Below are positions 10,022-21,056 of a stretch of 64,000 nt of DNA, in pieces. The translations under genes were made by a program, and so were the position numbers. Every line of letters begins with the position of its first letter. The first letter of the stretch is position 1. The DNA is from Candidatus Moanibacter sp. (GTDB lineage: Bacteria; Verrucomicrobiota; Verrucomicrobiia; Opitutales; UBA2987). Location of the stretch: the NCBI GenBank assembly GCA_965215885.1, contig CBDCEW010000085.1:1-64000 (forward strand), given 5' to 3'. A model generated the notes under the pieces. It was not told where the DNA came from. It saw only the letters and a program-made list of their open reading frames with translations, and did not search any database.

Positions 10022-11968
10022 ATGCGCTTTAAACTTACCATTTTACTAGTGCTGCTGAACGCGGCGCTCTTCTTGCTCATCTATTTTCTCGAGAAGAAAC
10101 CGGTTAATCCGCCCCTCGGTCTTGGGACCATATTACCGGAGGGAGTGGTCGAAGCCACCGATAAACTCCAGATTTCAGGCCGCGACATGAGCGAGGACTG
10201 GATCATCGAAAAGGAAAACGGCGTTTGGCAAATCATCTCACCCGTCAACTGGCAGGCCAACTTGTTCGCTGTTAATCGAATTTTCAACCAGCTTCAATTC
10301 CTGGAGAAGGTGACGAGTTTTCCCGTAAGCGAAATCAACAGGGCGGGGCAATCTCTCGAGGATTACGGACTAGACCCTGAGGGAGCTATCTTGACGCTTT
10401 TTCACAACGGAAATCAGACGAACATAGGCATTGGAAAGACAACGGAGATCGGCAACCGTCTTTACATACTCTCTCCAGATCGAAAGGTTGTACATGTCGT
10501 CAATCGACATTTACTCGACAGCATCACGGTCGATCTAGACACTCTGCGAAGCCAGGAAATCTTCGACATTCCGTTATTCGAAGTCCGCTCCCTCAATCTA
10601 AAAATAGAAGACTTGCCGGTGAGAATAACCCGGGACGGAGAGGGCTGGTCCTTCGAGACACCGATTGAGGTACCTGCAGACACCACTCGGGTGGAAATGG
10701 CCATTAATAATCTTACAGGGATTAGGCTTATTGGATTCTCATCTGAAGAGACGGGCCCTCAAGGTCTGGAGAATCCAACCATGCGTCTGACCCTTGAAGG
10801 CAATAACCGGCGCCAGACGATTCTGGTCGGAAACGCCCTCGAAGGAGAATCGCTCACACCTCAGTATTTTGCCAAACTGGAGAACAAACCCACGACGTTT
10901 ACGCTACCCGCCCAACCCTTTGAAGATTTCTTTGCAGCGCAAGAAAGGCTGCGTGAGCGGAATTTTGTCCAACTCGCACCAGAATCTCTCACTTCGCTTG
11001 AGATTTTCGTAGGGGAGAGCACAACACAGTTACAGAAGCTCGAACAGGGCGCCTGGCAGGTGACCGCAAGAGACACGAACGGTTCCGTCATCACCTGGCC
11101 GGCCGACACGAAACTGACCATGGAAATTATCGATGCTCTTCTAAACCTGAGAGCGGTGCGATTCGTAACGGACTCTCCCTCTGCAACCGATCTTGTAGAT
11201 TTCGGTCTCAACGATCCGCAGCGCCGGATTATCCTCCACGCCGGAGAGGAAGAGAAGACAATCCTCATGGGGGATCCGGATTTGGATCGCAGAAGAATCT
11301 ACGTGAAAATTGCGGAAGCCCCATTTGTCTATCAGATCGAAGAAAACGAGGTCCTCACCCTTCTGCAATCTCGGCCTCTTCACTACAGGCGGCGAGACCT
11401 GGTCGAACAGCCCCATGCCGCCCGTATTCTCTCGATTGAGCTAGTAAATCTCACCGACGATTCTGTTCTTATTTCTGTGAACAATCCAGGCGGCGAGGAG
11501 GAGGGAAGAGAATCTGAAGGTGAGGGCATAAGCGCAGCCATAGAGACGCTACCAGAAGCGGACAGGGAAGCGGCCGAAGAACTCTTCCGTCAGATGCGAA
11601 AATTCACTGTGAAATCGTATCTGAAAGATCAATTTACAGACGGTTATGATCTGGGAGAAAAGACCTTGCCCTGGAAGTACCTTCTAAAATCGACCTTGCA
11701 TCTTCCCGGTGGTGCGGAAGATCAGATTCGACAACTGAACTTTTACTTTACGGAAAGGCTGGGAGGTACTACTCAAATCGGCGGCTCGCCTGAATACTCT
11801 GCAATTTTTGAGTTAGATCAAAAGCTGATCGACGCGATCTTTCATTTCACCTTCGAGAGAGAGCAACCCGAGGTGGACGACACCGATAGGGCACCGGATT
11901 CAGAAATGGAGAACAATTCCGAGCCTGACAACCTTCCGCCTGCGGAATTCTCTCAGGCAAGCGAATAG
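10022..11968 (+). CDS. DUF4340 domain protein
   Basis: Signal anchor, repeated 'W.I..P...AD/AN' and 'YGL..P' units; position after GldG-like gene. Confidence 0.8.
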   Translation: MRFKLTILLVLLNAALFLLIYFLEKKPVNPPLGLGTILPEGVVEATDKLQISGRDMSEDWIIEKENGVWQIISPVNWQANLFAVNRIFNQLQFLEKVTSFPVSEINRAGQSLEDYGLDPEGAILTLFHNGNQTNIGIGKTTEIGNRLYILSPDRKVVHVVNRHLLDSITVDLDTLRSQEIFDIPLFEVRSLNLKIEDLPVRITRDGEGWSFETPIEVPADTTRVEMAINNLTGIRLIGFSSEETGPQGLENPTMRLTLEGNNRRQTILVGNALEGESLTPQYFAKLENKPTTFTLPAQPFEDFFAAQERLRERNFVQLAPESLTSLEIFVGESTTQLQKLEQGAWQVTARDTNGSVITWPADTKLTMEIIDALLNLRAVRFVTDSPSATDLVDFGLNDPQRRIILHAGEEEKTILMGDPDLDRRRIYVKIAEAPFVYQIEENEVLTLLQSRPLHYRRRDLVEQPHAARILSIELVNLTDDSVLISVNNPGGEEEGRESEGEGISAAIETLPEADREAAEELFRQMRKFTVKSYLKDQFTDGYDLGEKTLPWKYLLKSTLHLPGGAEDQIRQLNFYFTERLGGTTQIGGSPEYSAIFELDQKLIDAIFHFTFEREQPEVDDTDRAPDSEMENNSEPDNLPPAEFSQASE

Positions 11969-11970
11969 TC

Positions 11971-14712
11971 GTGCCCGAAAACAGCTCGCAAAGAAACGCC
12001 ATCTGGCGGGTCTGTAGGAGGGCGATAAGCTACTGTCTTCTGCTACTCAACTGCCTCCTCTTTTTTCTTGCGATTGGACAGTCCATCCTTTCGCTCTACA
12101 TAACTCTTCAAGAAGAGATCCCTGTTCCGGACTTTATCCTAAAGAAGCTTGAGGAGAGCCTCAAAAGCAATGGCACCTATTCAGTGGTTGGGAGCTACTC
12201 CCTTGACCTGACCGGCCATATCAATGCGCGCGATCTAAGGCTCTTCACCCTGAAGAGCAGAGAGCTATTAGCTCAAAGTGATTTCGCTACAATCACCCTA
12301 GATGTTCCGAGCCTCTTTATTAGAAGAGTGGTGTGGAACGAATTCGACTTAAGCAACGCTCACTTGAACTGTCCGGCCCTTTACTCTTCCACCGGTGACA
12401 CCGAAACGTTCGCCCGGGAAATCTACGCGAGGTTCGCCCGGAGAGGCAAGTCCTGGACCATACGCCAGCTCAATCTCCGCCTCCATAATCTTCGAATCCA
12501 GGCATCGGGAGAATTCCCGAAGATTGCTTCTCTCGAAAGGATAGAATCGCCATTGGAGCGTTATCTTCAGTTCTGCCGGAGGGCCTCTGTATGGCAGTTG
12601 GTATTGCGAACTCTCAAGAATCCGGTAGCAAGCATAAATCTGGATTCAAAGGAAAAGGGCGCTACGACTTTGGAAGTCGACCTTACTGGCGAGGGGTTCA
12701 GGCTGTCCAGATACTTTAGAACGGGTCCTTTTCGCTTCCAAACTTCGGGCCTGCGATTCCCTCAGCTGGAAATGTCGATTCCCGCTAAGATCGAGGTGAG
12801 CAACGTTTATTTTGGAGAATCCGATCAGACGGGAAAACTCTACGCGGAATACAAGACCGACTTCCTTCTCAAGAACAATCTAAGGGGAGTCGAATACCTG
12901 CGGTTCGCTACGAGAGAGCTCGAATCCTCAGGTCTGTCGGTGGCAAACGTGATCGGTGTCTTGTATCCAAACGAGTTTCCCACGCTCGCGGGAAGGCTTG
13001 CCCTCCAGATGGAGAATGAGCCGCTCGCCCTGCAAGGTCGAATCGATCTCGCCAACGGAAACGGATCCTTTTCTTTCGATTCGAGGATCCCGCTTCTCGA
13101 ACTGATGAACAACCCCCTGCTGGCTAAATACTCGATCGGCAAGCTAATCGAATTCCCCACCCCACCTCACATCAAGGGAGAATTGAAACTGGAGGATGGA
13201 TTCAGTTTTGCTCGCTTCGACTTTGACGTGGAGGCGAGTCCTTTTGTCTTAGGAGGATCGCGCTTTGACAGGCTCAAAGCAAAGGGAACAGTCGACTCTG
13301 AGCGCATGGTAATAGGTAAAGTAATCTTTGAGAACCCCGAATATCGCACAATAGGTTCTATTGAGAGTGACTTCGCCTCCGGCAAATACAGGTTGCTCCT
13401 CTCCGGCAAACTCTTCCCAACCGATCTGGAATCTGCACTTCCTGACTGGTGGGACCGAATCTGGAGCAAGTTCGAGTTTTCCCAAGAGCCATTCGGAGGA
13501 GATTATGACATTCTCATGGATTGGAGGAAGAAGCAGTTGGTGTATTTCTATGGTAGCGCCGAAGGCTCCAATTTCTCATACAACGATTTCCAGCTCACAC
13601 AGATAAGTCTGAAAAGTTCCGGCGTTCACAATCGCGTAGATCTTTTCGACATAAAGGCAAAGAGAGCAGAGGGACAGGGATACGGTTCACTCACCTGGAT
13701 ATACAAAAACAAAAGAAACATTCAGCGCTCGTTGGATTTTGAGACTCATTTTTATGCTGACGAACTCTCGGCATTTCTCGGCGAAGGGGTGAAGAAAATA
13801 GTGGATAATTTCTCTCTCGCGGGCCCGCCTCACCTGAGGCTCTCAGGTACCTTATTCAAGGAAAACGCTCCCCCGGGCCTGAAGCGGGATATCCTCATTA
13901 AAGCGAGTTCAAGCAAACCGCTGCGATATCGCGAAATTCGAATGGACTGGCTCGAGTTCGAAGGCCGCCTCACGGAAGAGCGCTTCTCCATGGATCCTCT
14001 ATCCTTTGGCTTTGCCGGTGGCAAGGCGACGGGAAGTCTGTCATGGGAGAGAGCAAAGCCGGTCGACCTGCTGACTGTCCATTTTAACCTGTCCGGCGCG
14101 GATCAGAAGAGAGCTCTGGAAACGATCGGTTTGGCGGCACCTTCAAATGAGGAAATCGACGCAAGTGCGGATGAATCGAAAAATGTCCAGGAAAGCCCCG
14201 GAATCCTCAACCTGGAGATTGAAGCTTCTGGTAATCCCGAGGACTATCTAAGTTTCGAAGGATCCGGACTGCTTTCAATTGTCAATTCGGAACTTGCAAA
14301 GGTGCACTTATTCGGTGGTTTTTCGCGGCTCTTCCACGGCACATGGATAGACTTCTCCACCCTTAATCTCAAATCCGCGGAGGGGCGTTTCACCCTTCAC
14401 CGTAACCGTTTGAATTTCTCTCCAATCATGTTTGCCGGCGAGCAATCCGTCATCCAGGCTGAAGGAGATATCCTTTTCCCCGTTCAGGATATCGACTTTC
14501 GCGTTCGCGTGTTTTACCTGGAAAATCCAAATAATCCGATAACAGCGGTCTTCAGTCCGCTCTTCAAACCCCTGGGAGACGCGCTTGAACTTAGGCTCTG
14601 GGGCACCTACAATGATCCGAAATGGCGCCTCCTGATCAATCCCAGGAATGTATCCAGCGCCTCTGAGGGGCCTCTTTCTGACTCCTCTGGACCGCGAAAA
14701 AATAGAAACTGA
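11971..14712 (+). CDS. AsmA-like family membrane-anchored protein
   Basis: N-terminal TM, beta-rich body, C-terminal 'ELRLWGTYNDPKW' AsmA-like ending. Confidence 0.7.
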   Translation: MPENSSQRNAIWRVCRRAISYCLLLLNCLLFFLAIGQSILSLYITLQEEIPVPDFILKKLEESLKSNGTYSVVGSYSLDLTGHINARDLRLFTLKSRELLAQSDFATITLDVPSLFIRRVVWNEFDLSNAHLNCPALYSSTGDTETFAREIYARFARRGKSWTIRQLNLRLHNLRIQASGEFPKIASLERIESPLERYLQFCRRASVWQLVLRTLKNPVASINLDSKEKGATTLEVDLTGEGFRLSRYFRTGPFRFQTSGLRFPQLEMSIPAKIEVSNVYFGESDQTGKLYAEYKTDFLLKNNLRGVEYLRFATRELESSGLSVANVIGVLYPNEFPTLAGRLALQMENEPLALQGRIDLANGNGSFSFDSRIPLLELMNNPLLAKYSIGKLIEFPTPPHIKGELKLEDGFSFARFDFDVEASPFVLGGSRFDRLKAKGTVDSERMVIGKVIFENPEYRTIGSIESDFASGKYRLLLSGKLFPTDLESALPDWWDRIWSKFEFSQEPFGGDYDILMDWRKKQLVYFYGSAEGSNFSYNDFQLTQISLKSSGVHNRVDLFDIKAKRAEGQGYGSLTWIYKNKRNIQRSLDFETHFYADELSAFLGEGVKKIVDNFSLAGPPHLRLSGTLFKENAPPGLKRDILIKASSSKPLRYREIRMDWLEFEGRLTEERFSMDPLSFGFAGGKATGSLSWERAKPVDLLTVHFNLSGADQKRALETIGLAAPSNEEIDASADESKNVQESPGILNLEIEASGNPEDYLSFEGSGLLSIVNSELAKVHLFGGFSRLFHGTWIDFSTLNLKSAEGRFTLHRNRLNFSPIMFAGEQSVIQAEGDILFPVQDIDFRVRVFYLENPNNPITAVFSPLFKPLGDALELRLWGTYNDPKWRLLINPRNVSSASEGPLSDSSGPRKNRN

Positions 14713-14725
14713 GCTACTTCGCACT

Positions 14726-15595
14726 GTGAAAGCGAATCCGGGAAAGCACAAAGTAGGCGCACACTGTTCCATCGCGGGCGGGCATGACAAGGCGCTCTTC
14801 CTGGCCAATGATCTCGGCTGCGAGCTGCTACAGATCTTTACAAAAAACAACATGCAATGGTCCGCGAAACCGATCACAAAAGAAGCCCTGCACAGATATC
14901 GAGAGGCCAAAAGGGAGACAGGACTTAAACGTATCTTCGCTCACGCCGGCTACCTCATAAACCTCGCTTCGAATCAACCGGAGGTCCTCCATAAATCACG
15001 CGCGGCCCTGCTCGACGAACTCGAGCGCTGCCGTCTTCTCGGCCTCCCCTTTATCGTCCTTCACCCGGGCGCACACCTCGGCGAAGGCGAAGAGAAAGGG
15101 CTGAACCGGATTATCGATTCCTTGCATTGGGTCCTTCATCGCTTCGAAGGTAAAACGAAAATCGCCCTCGAAGTTACCGCCGGACAAGGCACCGTTCTGG
15201 GAGGTAAAATCGAGCATCTCGCCTGCCTCATTAAGAATTCGAAGCACGGAAATCGACTGGTTGTATGCCTCGACACCTGCCATCTCTTCGCCGCCGGTTA
15301 CGATCTGAGGAATTCGCACGACTTAAATGCCTTCATTCGTCACTTCCGCACGAATCTTTCATGGAAGAAGGTCGTTTGCGTTCACCTGAACGACAGCAAA
15401 GGTTCTCTTGGAAACCGGCTGGATCGCCACGAAATTCTCGGGAAAGGAAAGATAGGCTGGCCCTGCTTTAGGACCATCATGAATCACCCCGCCTTCGCAA
15501 ATGTCGCTCTTTGCCTTGAGACACCGAAAGGTGTGGATAATATCAACGACCGCAAAACACTGAAAAAGTTGAAGCGGTTTCGCGGGAAAGAATGA
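14726..15595 (+). CDS. nfo: Endonuclease IV
   Basis: GAHCSIAGG, HAGYLINLA, VLHPG, LEVTAGQG, CLDTCHLFAAG, HLNDSK, DRHE, LETP; start approximate. Confidence 0.96.
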   Translation: MKANPGKHKVGAHCSIAGGHDKALFLANDLGCELLQIFTKNNMQWSAKPITKEALHRYREAKRETGLKRIFAHAGYLINLASNQPEVLHKSRAALLDELERCRLLGLPFIVLHPGAHLGEGEEKGLNRIIDSLHWVLHRFEGKTKIALEVTAGQGTVLGGKIEHLACLIKNSKHGNRLVVCLDTCHLFAAGYDLRNSHDLNAFIRHFRTNLSWKKVVCVHLNDSKGSLGNRLDRHEILGKGKIGWPCFRTIMNHPAFANVALCLETPKGVDNINDRKTLKKLKRFRGKE

Positions 15596-15654
15596 CATTG
15601 CTTCAATGTGAGTATTCATTGTAGTGTCGAGCAGTTTAAAACCGGGATAACGGA

Positions 15655-16137
15655 TTGGATATCAACGAAATAAAGCGAATCATCGAGCTTATGAAGCTCT
15701 CCGATCTCACGGAATTCGAGATCGAGGAAGAGGGGTTCAAATTGCGCATCTGCCGCGGAAAACCCGAACAGACGACAGTCGTAACGACCGCAACCCCCGC
15801 CCCTTTTCCCGCTTATATCGAAACATCATCGGTTACACCACGGACCGCACCTCCGGAGGCTGAGTCCGCGGAAGAGGAGGGGGAAGAAGATCAATCCGTC
15901 GAGCAGATAAATTCACCCATGGTTGGGACTTTCTACCGTTCCCCTTCACCCGATAGCGCACATTTTGTGGAGGAGGGGAGCGAAGTTAGTGATGACACCA
16001 TAGTTTGTATAATCGAGGCCATGAAAGTGATGAATGAAATTCAGGCTGAGACAACGGGAGTTATCACGGAAATTATGGTAGAAAACGGCCAATCAGTCGA
16101 ATTTGGTCAGCCACTTTTCAAGGTTAAAATGCAGTAG
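15655..16137 (+). CDS. accB: Acetyl-CoA carboxylase biotin carboxyl carrier protein
   Basis: SPMVGTFY, EAMKVMNEI biotinylation motif. Confidence 0.97.
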   Translation: MDINEIKRIIELMKLSDLTEFEIEEEGFKLRICRGKPEQTTVVTTATPAPFPAYIETSSVTPRTAPPEAESAEEEGEEDQSVEQINSPMVGTFYRSPSPDSAHFVEEGSEVSDDTIVCIIEAMKVMNEIQAETTGVITEIMVENGQSVEFGQPLFKVKMQ

Positions 16138-16211
16138 TCAATCGGTCCAGGACCATGCCCGTCACGTAGGCAGAAGAGCGTCCAGCGCAGGCCAATACCG
16201 AACCTCCCTAC

Positions 16212-17591
16212 ATGTTTCAAAAGATCCTCATTGCCAACAGAGGCGAAATCGCCCTTCGCATTATTCGGGCCTGCAAGGAACTGAGCATTAAAACAGTAGC
16301 CGTCTACTCCGAAGCGGATGAGCAATCCCTCCACGTCCAGTTTGCGGATGGCGCCATCTGCATAGGGCCTTCACCGAGCGGCGACAGCTATCTTAAAGCC
16401 GACCGCATTATCAGTGCCGCGGAAATCGCCGACGTCGACGCCATCCATCCCGGCTACGGTTTTCTTGCCGAAAGGGCCGATTTCGCCGAGCAGTGCGAAA
16501 GCTGCAACATCAAATTTATCGGCCCGAAATCGGAATCGATTCAAAAGATGGGTGACAAGGCCCTGGCTCGCGAAACCGTGAGAAAAGCGCGAGTGCCAAT
16601 CATACCGGGAAGTGACGGACCTGTCGAAGATGCCAAGACAGCCGTAGATCTAGCCAAAAAGCTCGGCTTCCCGGTTATCATAAAAGCCGTGGCGGGCGGG
16701 GGTGGCAGAGGTATGCGCACAGCTCACAACGCGGTTACTTTTGCAAAGGAATTCGATATCGCCCGGAGCGAAGCTGAAAAAGCCTTTGGGAACGGCGCTG
16801 TCTACATCGAAAAGTTTATTGAACATCCCCGCCATATTGAATTTCAGATACTCGCCGACAAGCATGGCAAGACGGTCCACCTCTTTGAAAGAGACTGTTC
16901 GGTGCAACGCCGCCACCAGAAACTCATCGAAGAAGCGCCTTCGCCCTTTCTGAGCAACGACCTGCGCAAACGTATGGGACGCTCCGCAATAAGAGCGGCG
17001 CAAGCCTGCGACTACGAAAACGCCGGGACGGTAGAGTTCCTTGTCGATAAAAATGGCGATTACTTTTTCATCGAGATGAACACCAGAATTCAGGTGGAAC
17101 ATGGTGTTACCGAGGAGGTCACAGGTATCGATCTGATTAAGGAGCAAATTCTCATCGCAGCGGGAGAAAAACTTGAGTTTGATCAGAAAGACTTGAAACC
17201 AACCCGACATGCCGTGGAATGCCGCGTCTGCGCGGAAGATCCTGCGAGAAACTTCGCCCCCTGCCCTGGAGAAATCTCCCTCTATTATCCCCCGGGCGGG
17301 CATGGCGTAAGGATTGACTCACATGTCTATGGAGGTTATATCATTCCTCCTCATTACGATAGTATGATCAGCAAAGTAATCACCACCGGGAGGTCCAGGG
17401 AACTCGCACTCGACCGGATGTACCGCGCCCTCGGTGAATATCTAATTCGAGGCGTGAAAACGACCATCCCATTTTCTATGGCCGTTATTCGAGATCCCGT
17501 ATTTCGGCAGGGGAACGCCACTACAAATTTCGTCGATGATTTTCTTAATCGAACACCTAAGAAGCTTTTCAGCAATAAAAATGAGTCATGA
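16212..17591 (+). CDS. accC: Acetyl-CoA carboxylase biotin carboxylase
   Basis: [48 protein letters not shown]. Confidence 0.98.
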   Translation: MFQKILIANRGEIALRIIRACKELSIKTVAVYSEADEQSLHVQFADGAICIGPSPSGDSYLKADRIISAAEIADVDAIHPGYGFLAERADFAEQCESCNIKFIGPKSESIQKMGDKALARETVRKARVPIIPGSDGPVEDAKTAVDLAKKLGFPVIIKAVAGGGGRGMRTAHNAVTFAKEFDIARSEAEKAFGNGAVYIEKFIEHPRHIEFQILADKHGKTVHLFERDCSVQRRHQKLIEEAPSPFLSNDLRKRMGRSAIRAAQACDYENAGTVEFLVDKNGDYFFIEMNTRIQVEHGVTEEVTGIDLIKEQILIAAGEKLEFDQKDLKPTRHAVECRVCAEDPARNFAPCPGEISLYYPPGGHGVRIDSHVYGGYIIPPHYDSMISKVITTGRSRELALDRMYRALGEYLIRGVKTTIPFSMAVIRDPVFRQGNATTNFVDDFLNRTPKKLFSNKNES

Positions 17592-18067
17592 AAAAAAAGA
17601 TGCAGAAAACTAAGTCAGCTCCAAGCGACATTGCCGACGTGAAGGTTATTCCAACGATAAGCGAGGACTCTTCTGCCCTCGGCGAAATTAAAATAAACCA
17701 CAAGGTAGTCGCCAATATCGTTCAGTTGGCCACCCTGGAGGTGGAAGGCGTTGTCGCGGTAATAGGAAGTAATATTGTCGACAAGATTGAGGGAATGTTC
17801 AGCAAAAAGGACCTGGGCGCCGGTATCCGTGTTGAAGAAAACGAAAACGGACACTATGTGATTGTGATTCAAGTCATCCTTTCTTTCGGCGTAGAGTTGG
17901 CCAAAACCGCATGGGAGATCCAAAAGGAAGTTCGCGATCATGTTCAGAAGATGACCAACAAGCAGGTCGCGAAGGTCGATGTTGTTATTGAGGAAGTCAA
18001 GATGCCGGATACCAGCACGCGGGCCGCGGGGAAAGACGATTGGCAGGAAGAGCCTCATACCGATTAA
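17588..18067 (+). CDS. Asp23/Gls24 family protein (YqhY-like)
   Basis: [13 protein letters not shown]...VEGV...[13 protein letters not shown]...VDVVI. Confidence 0.88.
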   Translation: MKKKMQKTKSAPSDIADVKVIPTISEDSSALGEIKINHKVVANIVQLATLEVEGVVAVIGSNIVDKIEGMFSKKDLGAGIRVEENENGHYVIVIQVILSFGVELAKTAWEIQKEVRDHVQKMTNKQVAKVDVVIEEVKMPDTSTRAAGKDDWQEEPHTD

Positions 18068-18076
18068 CGGAAGCTG

Positions 18077-18580
18077 ATGTTTCAAGAATTCACTGACCGC
18101 GCCATAGCCGCCCTCGGGAGCTTTGTCGGGAGTCCCTATTTCTGGCTTTGCCTCGTTGTCGCAGTGCTCCTTCTTCTGTTATGGCTCTACTCCCGAGGCC
18201 GCTCGGGTTCGATCGTAGCTTTCGACAGCGAGACAGGTCACGTACTGGTATCCCGGAAGGCAATCAACGAAATTGCGCAGCGAACCTGTGACACTATGGA
18301 GAGCGTTGGAAAATGCACCACGCGCATAAGATCTCAGCGGGGTGCGATTCATATCCAGGTTCTCATTCGCCTCCGAGCGGGAAGCAACTTGAGTGAAGTC
18401 TACGCTGAACTCCAAGGCCGGCTTTCTCGGACACTCCGTGACAACCTGGGAATCGAGCGGTTGGGAGACATCGACATTGAGGTAACCGGTTTTGAAGGTG
18501 ATCTCTCACTGGACGAATACGATATTCCAAGTGAGTCGAGCGATGCCTATATCCCAATTTCCGACAAAGATGCGGAGTAG
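18077..18580 (+). CDS. AmaP-like membrane anchor / Asp23-related protein
   Basis: N-terminal TM, 'GHVLVSRKAINEI', 'IDIEVTGF'. Confidence 0.6.
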   Translation: MFQEFTDRAIAALGSFVGSPYFWLCLVVAVLLLLLWLYSRGRSGSIVAFDSETGHVLVSRKAINEIAQRTCDTMESVGKCTTRIRSQRGAIHIQVLIRLRAGSNLSEVYAELQGRLSRTLRDNLGIERLGDIDIEVTGFEGDLSLDEYDIPSESSDAYIPISDKDAE

Positions 18581-18583
18581 TCT

Positions 18584-19219
18584 GTGCCGGTTGAACTGAA
18601 CGACGCCCGCTTTTACGGCATTCTCGACACTGCATACGTGTCTCCTGAAAAATGGCAGGAAAAATGCCGTGCCCTACTCAACGGTGGAGCCGATGTCGTT
18701 CAAATGCGCGCAAAACGCGAATCCCACGCCGAGCGCATTGAACTCCTCGAAGCAATTCTGCCGCTATTTGAAAATACCCATGTTCCCTTGATCGTAAACG
18801 ACGATATGGAACTGGCCCTTCGCAATCCGGGAGTGGGACTCCATGTGGGCCAGGAGGATACGGAGGTTCACACCGCGCGAGACCGGCTCGGCCCCGACCG
18901 AATTCTCGGTCTCTCTACGCACTCTATAGAGCAGGCTAAGGAGGCGATTGCATTTGGAGAGGTACTCAGCTATTTTGCTGTTGGGCCCGTATTTGCCACG
19001 GCCACGAAACCGGATTATTCGCCCGTCGGTCTTGAGCTTGTTCGGTCCGTCGCCGCCCTGGCCCCGCCTATTCCTTTCTTTTGCATCGGTGGAATCTCAC
19101 GATCGAACGTTGAGCTTGTACGGCAGGCCGGCGCCGAACGTGTCGTATCCATCTCAGATATTCTCTGCGCACCCGATAGTGCCTCGGCGGTTAAGACATT
19201 TCAATCCGCCCTAACCTGA
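18584..19219 (+). CDS. thiE: Thiamine-phosphate synthase
   Basis: VQMRAK, LIVNDD, LHVGQED, GLSTHS, GPVFATATK, IGGI. Confidence 0.95.
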   Translation: MPVELNDARFYGILDTAYVSPEKWQEKCRALLNGGADVVQMRAKRESHAERIELLEAILPLFENTHVPLIVNDDMELALRNPGVGLHVGQEDTEVHTARDRLGPDRILGLSTHSIEQAKEAIAFGEVLSYFAVGPVFATATKPDYSPVGLELVRSVAALAPPIPFFCIGGISRSNVELVRQAGAERVVSISDILCAPDSASAVKTFQSALT

Positions 19220-19375
19220 GGACCTCACTACCGATCCCGTTCAGACCCCTTAAGGGACTCTTTGTCGTGAGCTTCGTCGCGAGCTTTGTCGAAATCGAAG
19301 GTCGTCGTCATAATCGTAGTCGACCACACTTGCGAGGACGGGAAGGTTCAGAAAAGGCTGACGATGGAAGATATC

Positions 19376-19521
19376 TCCCGTAGCCGGACGACTTCGTCGC
19401 TCGGGTCACCCCGGCCAGGTAGATTACCTGCCCGTAATTTTCGACCCTGACCACAGCTCATTGGTTGCTATCCCTCCCTCTTTCGCGTTTTTTCGCGTGT
19501 TTAGCGGGCAATTTCCTATCC
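19376..19521. repeat. Dispersed repeat R1 (about 145 bp), direct copy at 24281-24426
   Basis: TCCCGTAGCCGGACGACTTCGTCG...GTTTAGCGGGCAATT near-identical at both sites; begins with GTAG plus hairpin (REP-like). Confidence 0.9.
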
Positions 19522-19853
19522 AAAGCAAATATTAGGGGACAGGCTCTTTATACTACCCGGCGAGCCGGGACAAAAAAGTGAGCGTGAAAGAAAAGAGTGA
19601 TGCCCGCCAAACACGCGAAAAAGCGCGAAAGGGGCAGAGAGTGTTCCGTTTTCAGTTTCCGGTCTTTGTCCGAAATCGACTTTCAATCTCGTTTATCATT
19701 AGACGAAAGATCCATCAGCTTCGCCCTCTCTCCGTCTCCGTGTCTGCCCATTTCCCCCTCCCCTATCGTGCTTCTCAAGCGTACCCTCCAGTCGATTTTC
19801 TTTTCTTTCGATTTTAGATTGCGATTATGGCCCGGCCAAAGTTGCAATCCTCA

Positions 19854-20206
19854 TCAAGACAGAAACAGCGTACCGCCCGGAGCTTTCGGTCGAACTTCTG
19901 TAAGCCTACACGCACCGGGCGGCGCCTTCTATTTGTCTCGGCGAGGCCGGGAACGGGACAACAGCCGGGTCAGGCTCCGGCTCTCCGGCGCGTGAGCTGA
20001 CATTCGACGTAGAACGCCCAGTTTGTATCATTTGATTCCGCTGAAAGCCCCCACGTTCTTGCGAACGCGGCTACAAATATCAAAGACTTGCGGGTCACCG
20101 TAGCCGCGTTCGCAAGAGCGTGGTCGCGAATTTCGAAACGGCGTCTTTTTCAGCAAAATGGTCATGTGTATCCTGAGCAAGTTCACGGTTCACGGAGAGT
20201 ACGCGG
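19854..20206. repeat. 353-bp direct duplicate of 21057-21410
   Basis: By-eye alignment gives about 16 differences over about 354 bp. Confidence 0.95.
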
Positions 20207-20544
20207 AGCAATTATTAGGGACAGGCTTTTATACGACCATCTCTTTCGAATTTAGACTACGTTTAGAATCACGTTGGGAAGACTGAACCGGTTCCCACTC
20301 CTACCGTGCCTCTCAATCGTGATCTCCTGTCGATCTTCTCCTCTTTCGATTTCAGATCACTGCCTGCCATGAGCCCGTCGAATGGATTATGATCCACGAC
20401 GGAAAGATCGAAGCGGTTCCCTCTCTGCCATCGTGCTTCCCAATCGTGATCTCTCGTCGATCTGCTCAATCCTTCGATTTTCGACTACGATTATGACTAC
20501 GAATTTCGATTAGGAACTAGCTAAGTAGACCATCTAAGGTGGTA

Positions 20545-20882
20545 GTCATTATCGCAGTCGATGGTCGCAATTCTACGCGAGACGAAGTTTGGGCAACAAT
20601 CCTGCCTTGGAATAGAGTCCGACAAACTGCTCGACAAGGTTCGCACATAGGTGATTCGAACGCCTCCACTGAGTTTCATCTTCCCCTTAATCCGGACCAC
20701 CCGTAAGGGAAACCTTGCCTGCCTCGGCAGAGCGGAGCGACGACGGGTCGCGAACCTCGTCTGCCTCGGCACAGCGGAGCGACGACGAGTCGAATCCATT
20801 TCGATTTCAGATCACGATTATGACTACGATTAAGATTGGGTGGATATCCACTCGAAGTTCGTCGTCGTAATCGTCGTCGACG
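20545..20882. repeat. Dispersed repeat R2 (about 300 bp), direct copy at 24568-24875
   Basis: AATTCTACGCG...GTTTGGGCAACAATCCTGCC...GAATCCATTTCGATTTCAGATCACGATTATGACTACG shared. Confidence 0.9.
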
Positions 20883-21056
20883 GTCGAATAATGTGTTTCG
20901 AATTTAGACTACGATTATGACTACGAATTTCGATTAGGAACTAGCTAAGTAGCCCATCGAACGTCGTCGTCATAATCGTCGTCGATAGTCGGTCGAGAAA
21001 GATTACCAGCACGATTACGATTACGATTACGGCATGGCCAGAGGGACACTTCTGGG

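Noticed and set aside
20521..20799. Small paralogous ORFs (20521-20799, 24406-24792, 55613-55846)
   Set aside because: Their similarity comes from non-coding repeat R2 and the 30-bp element.
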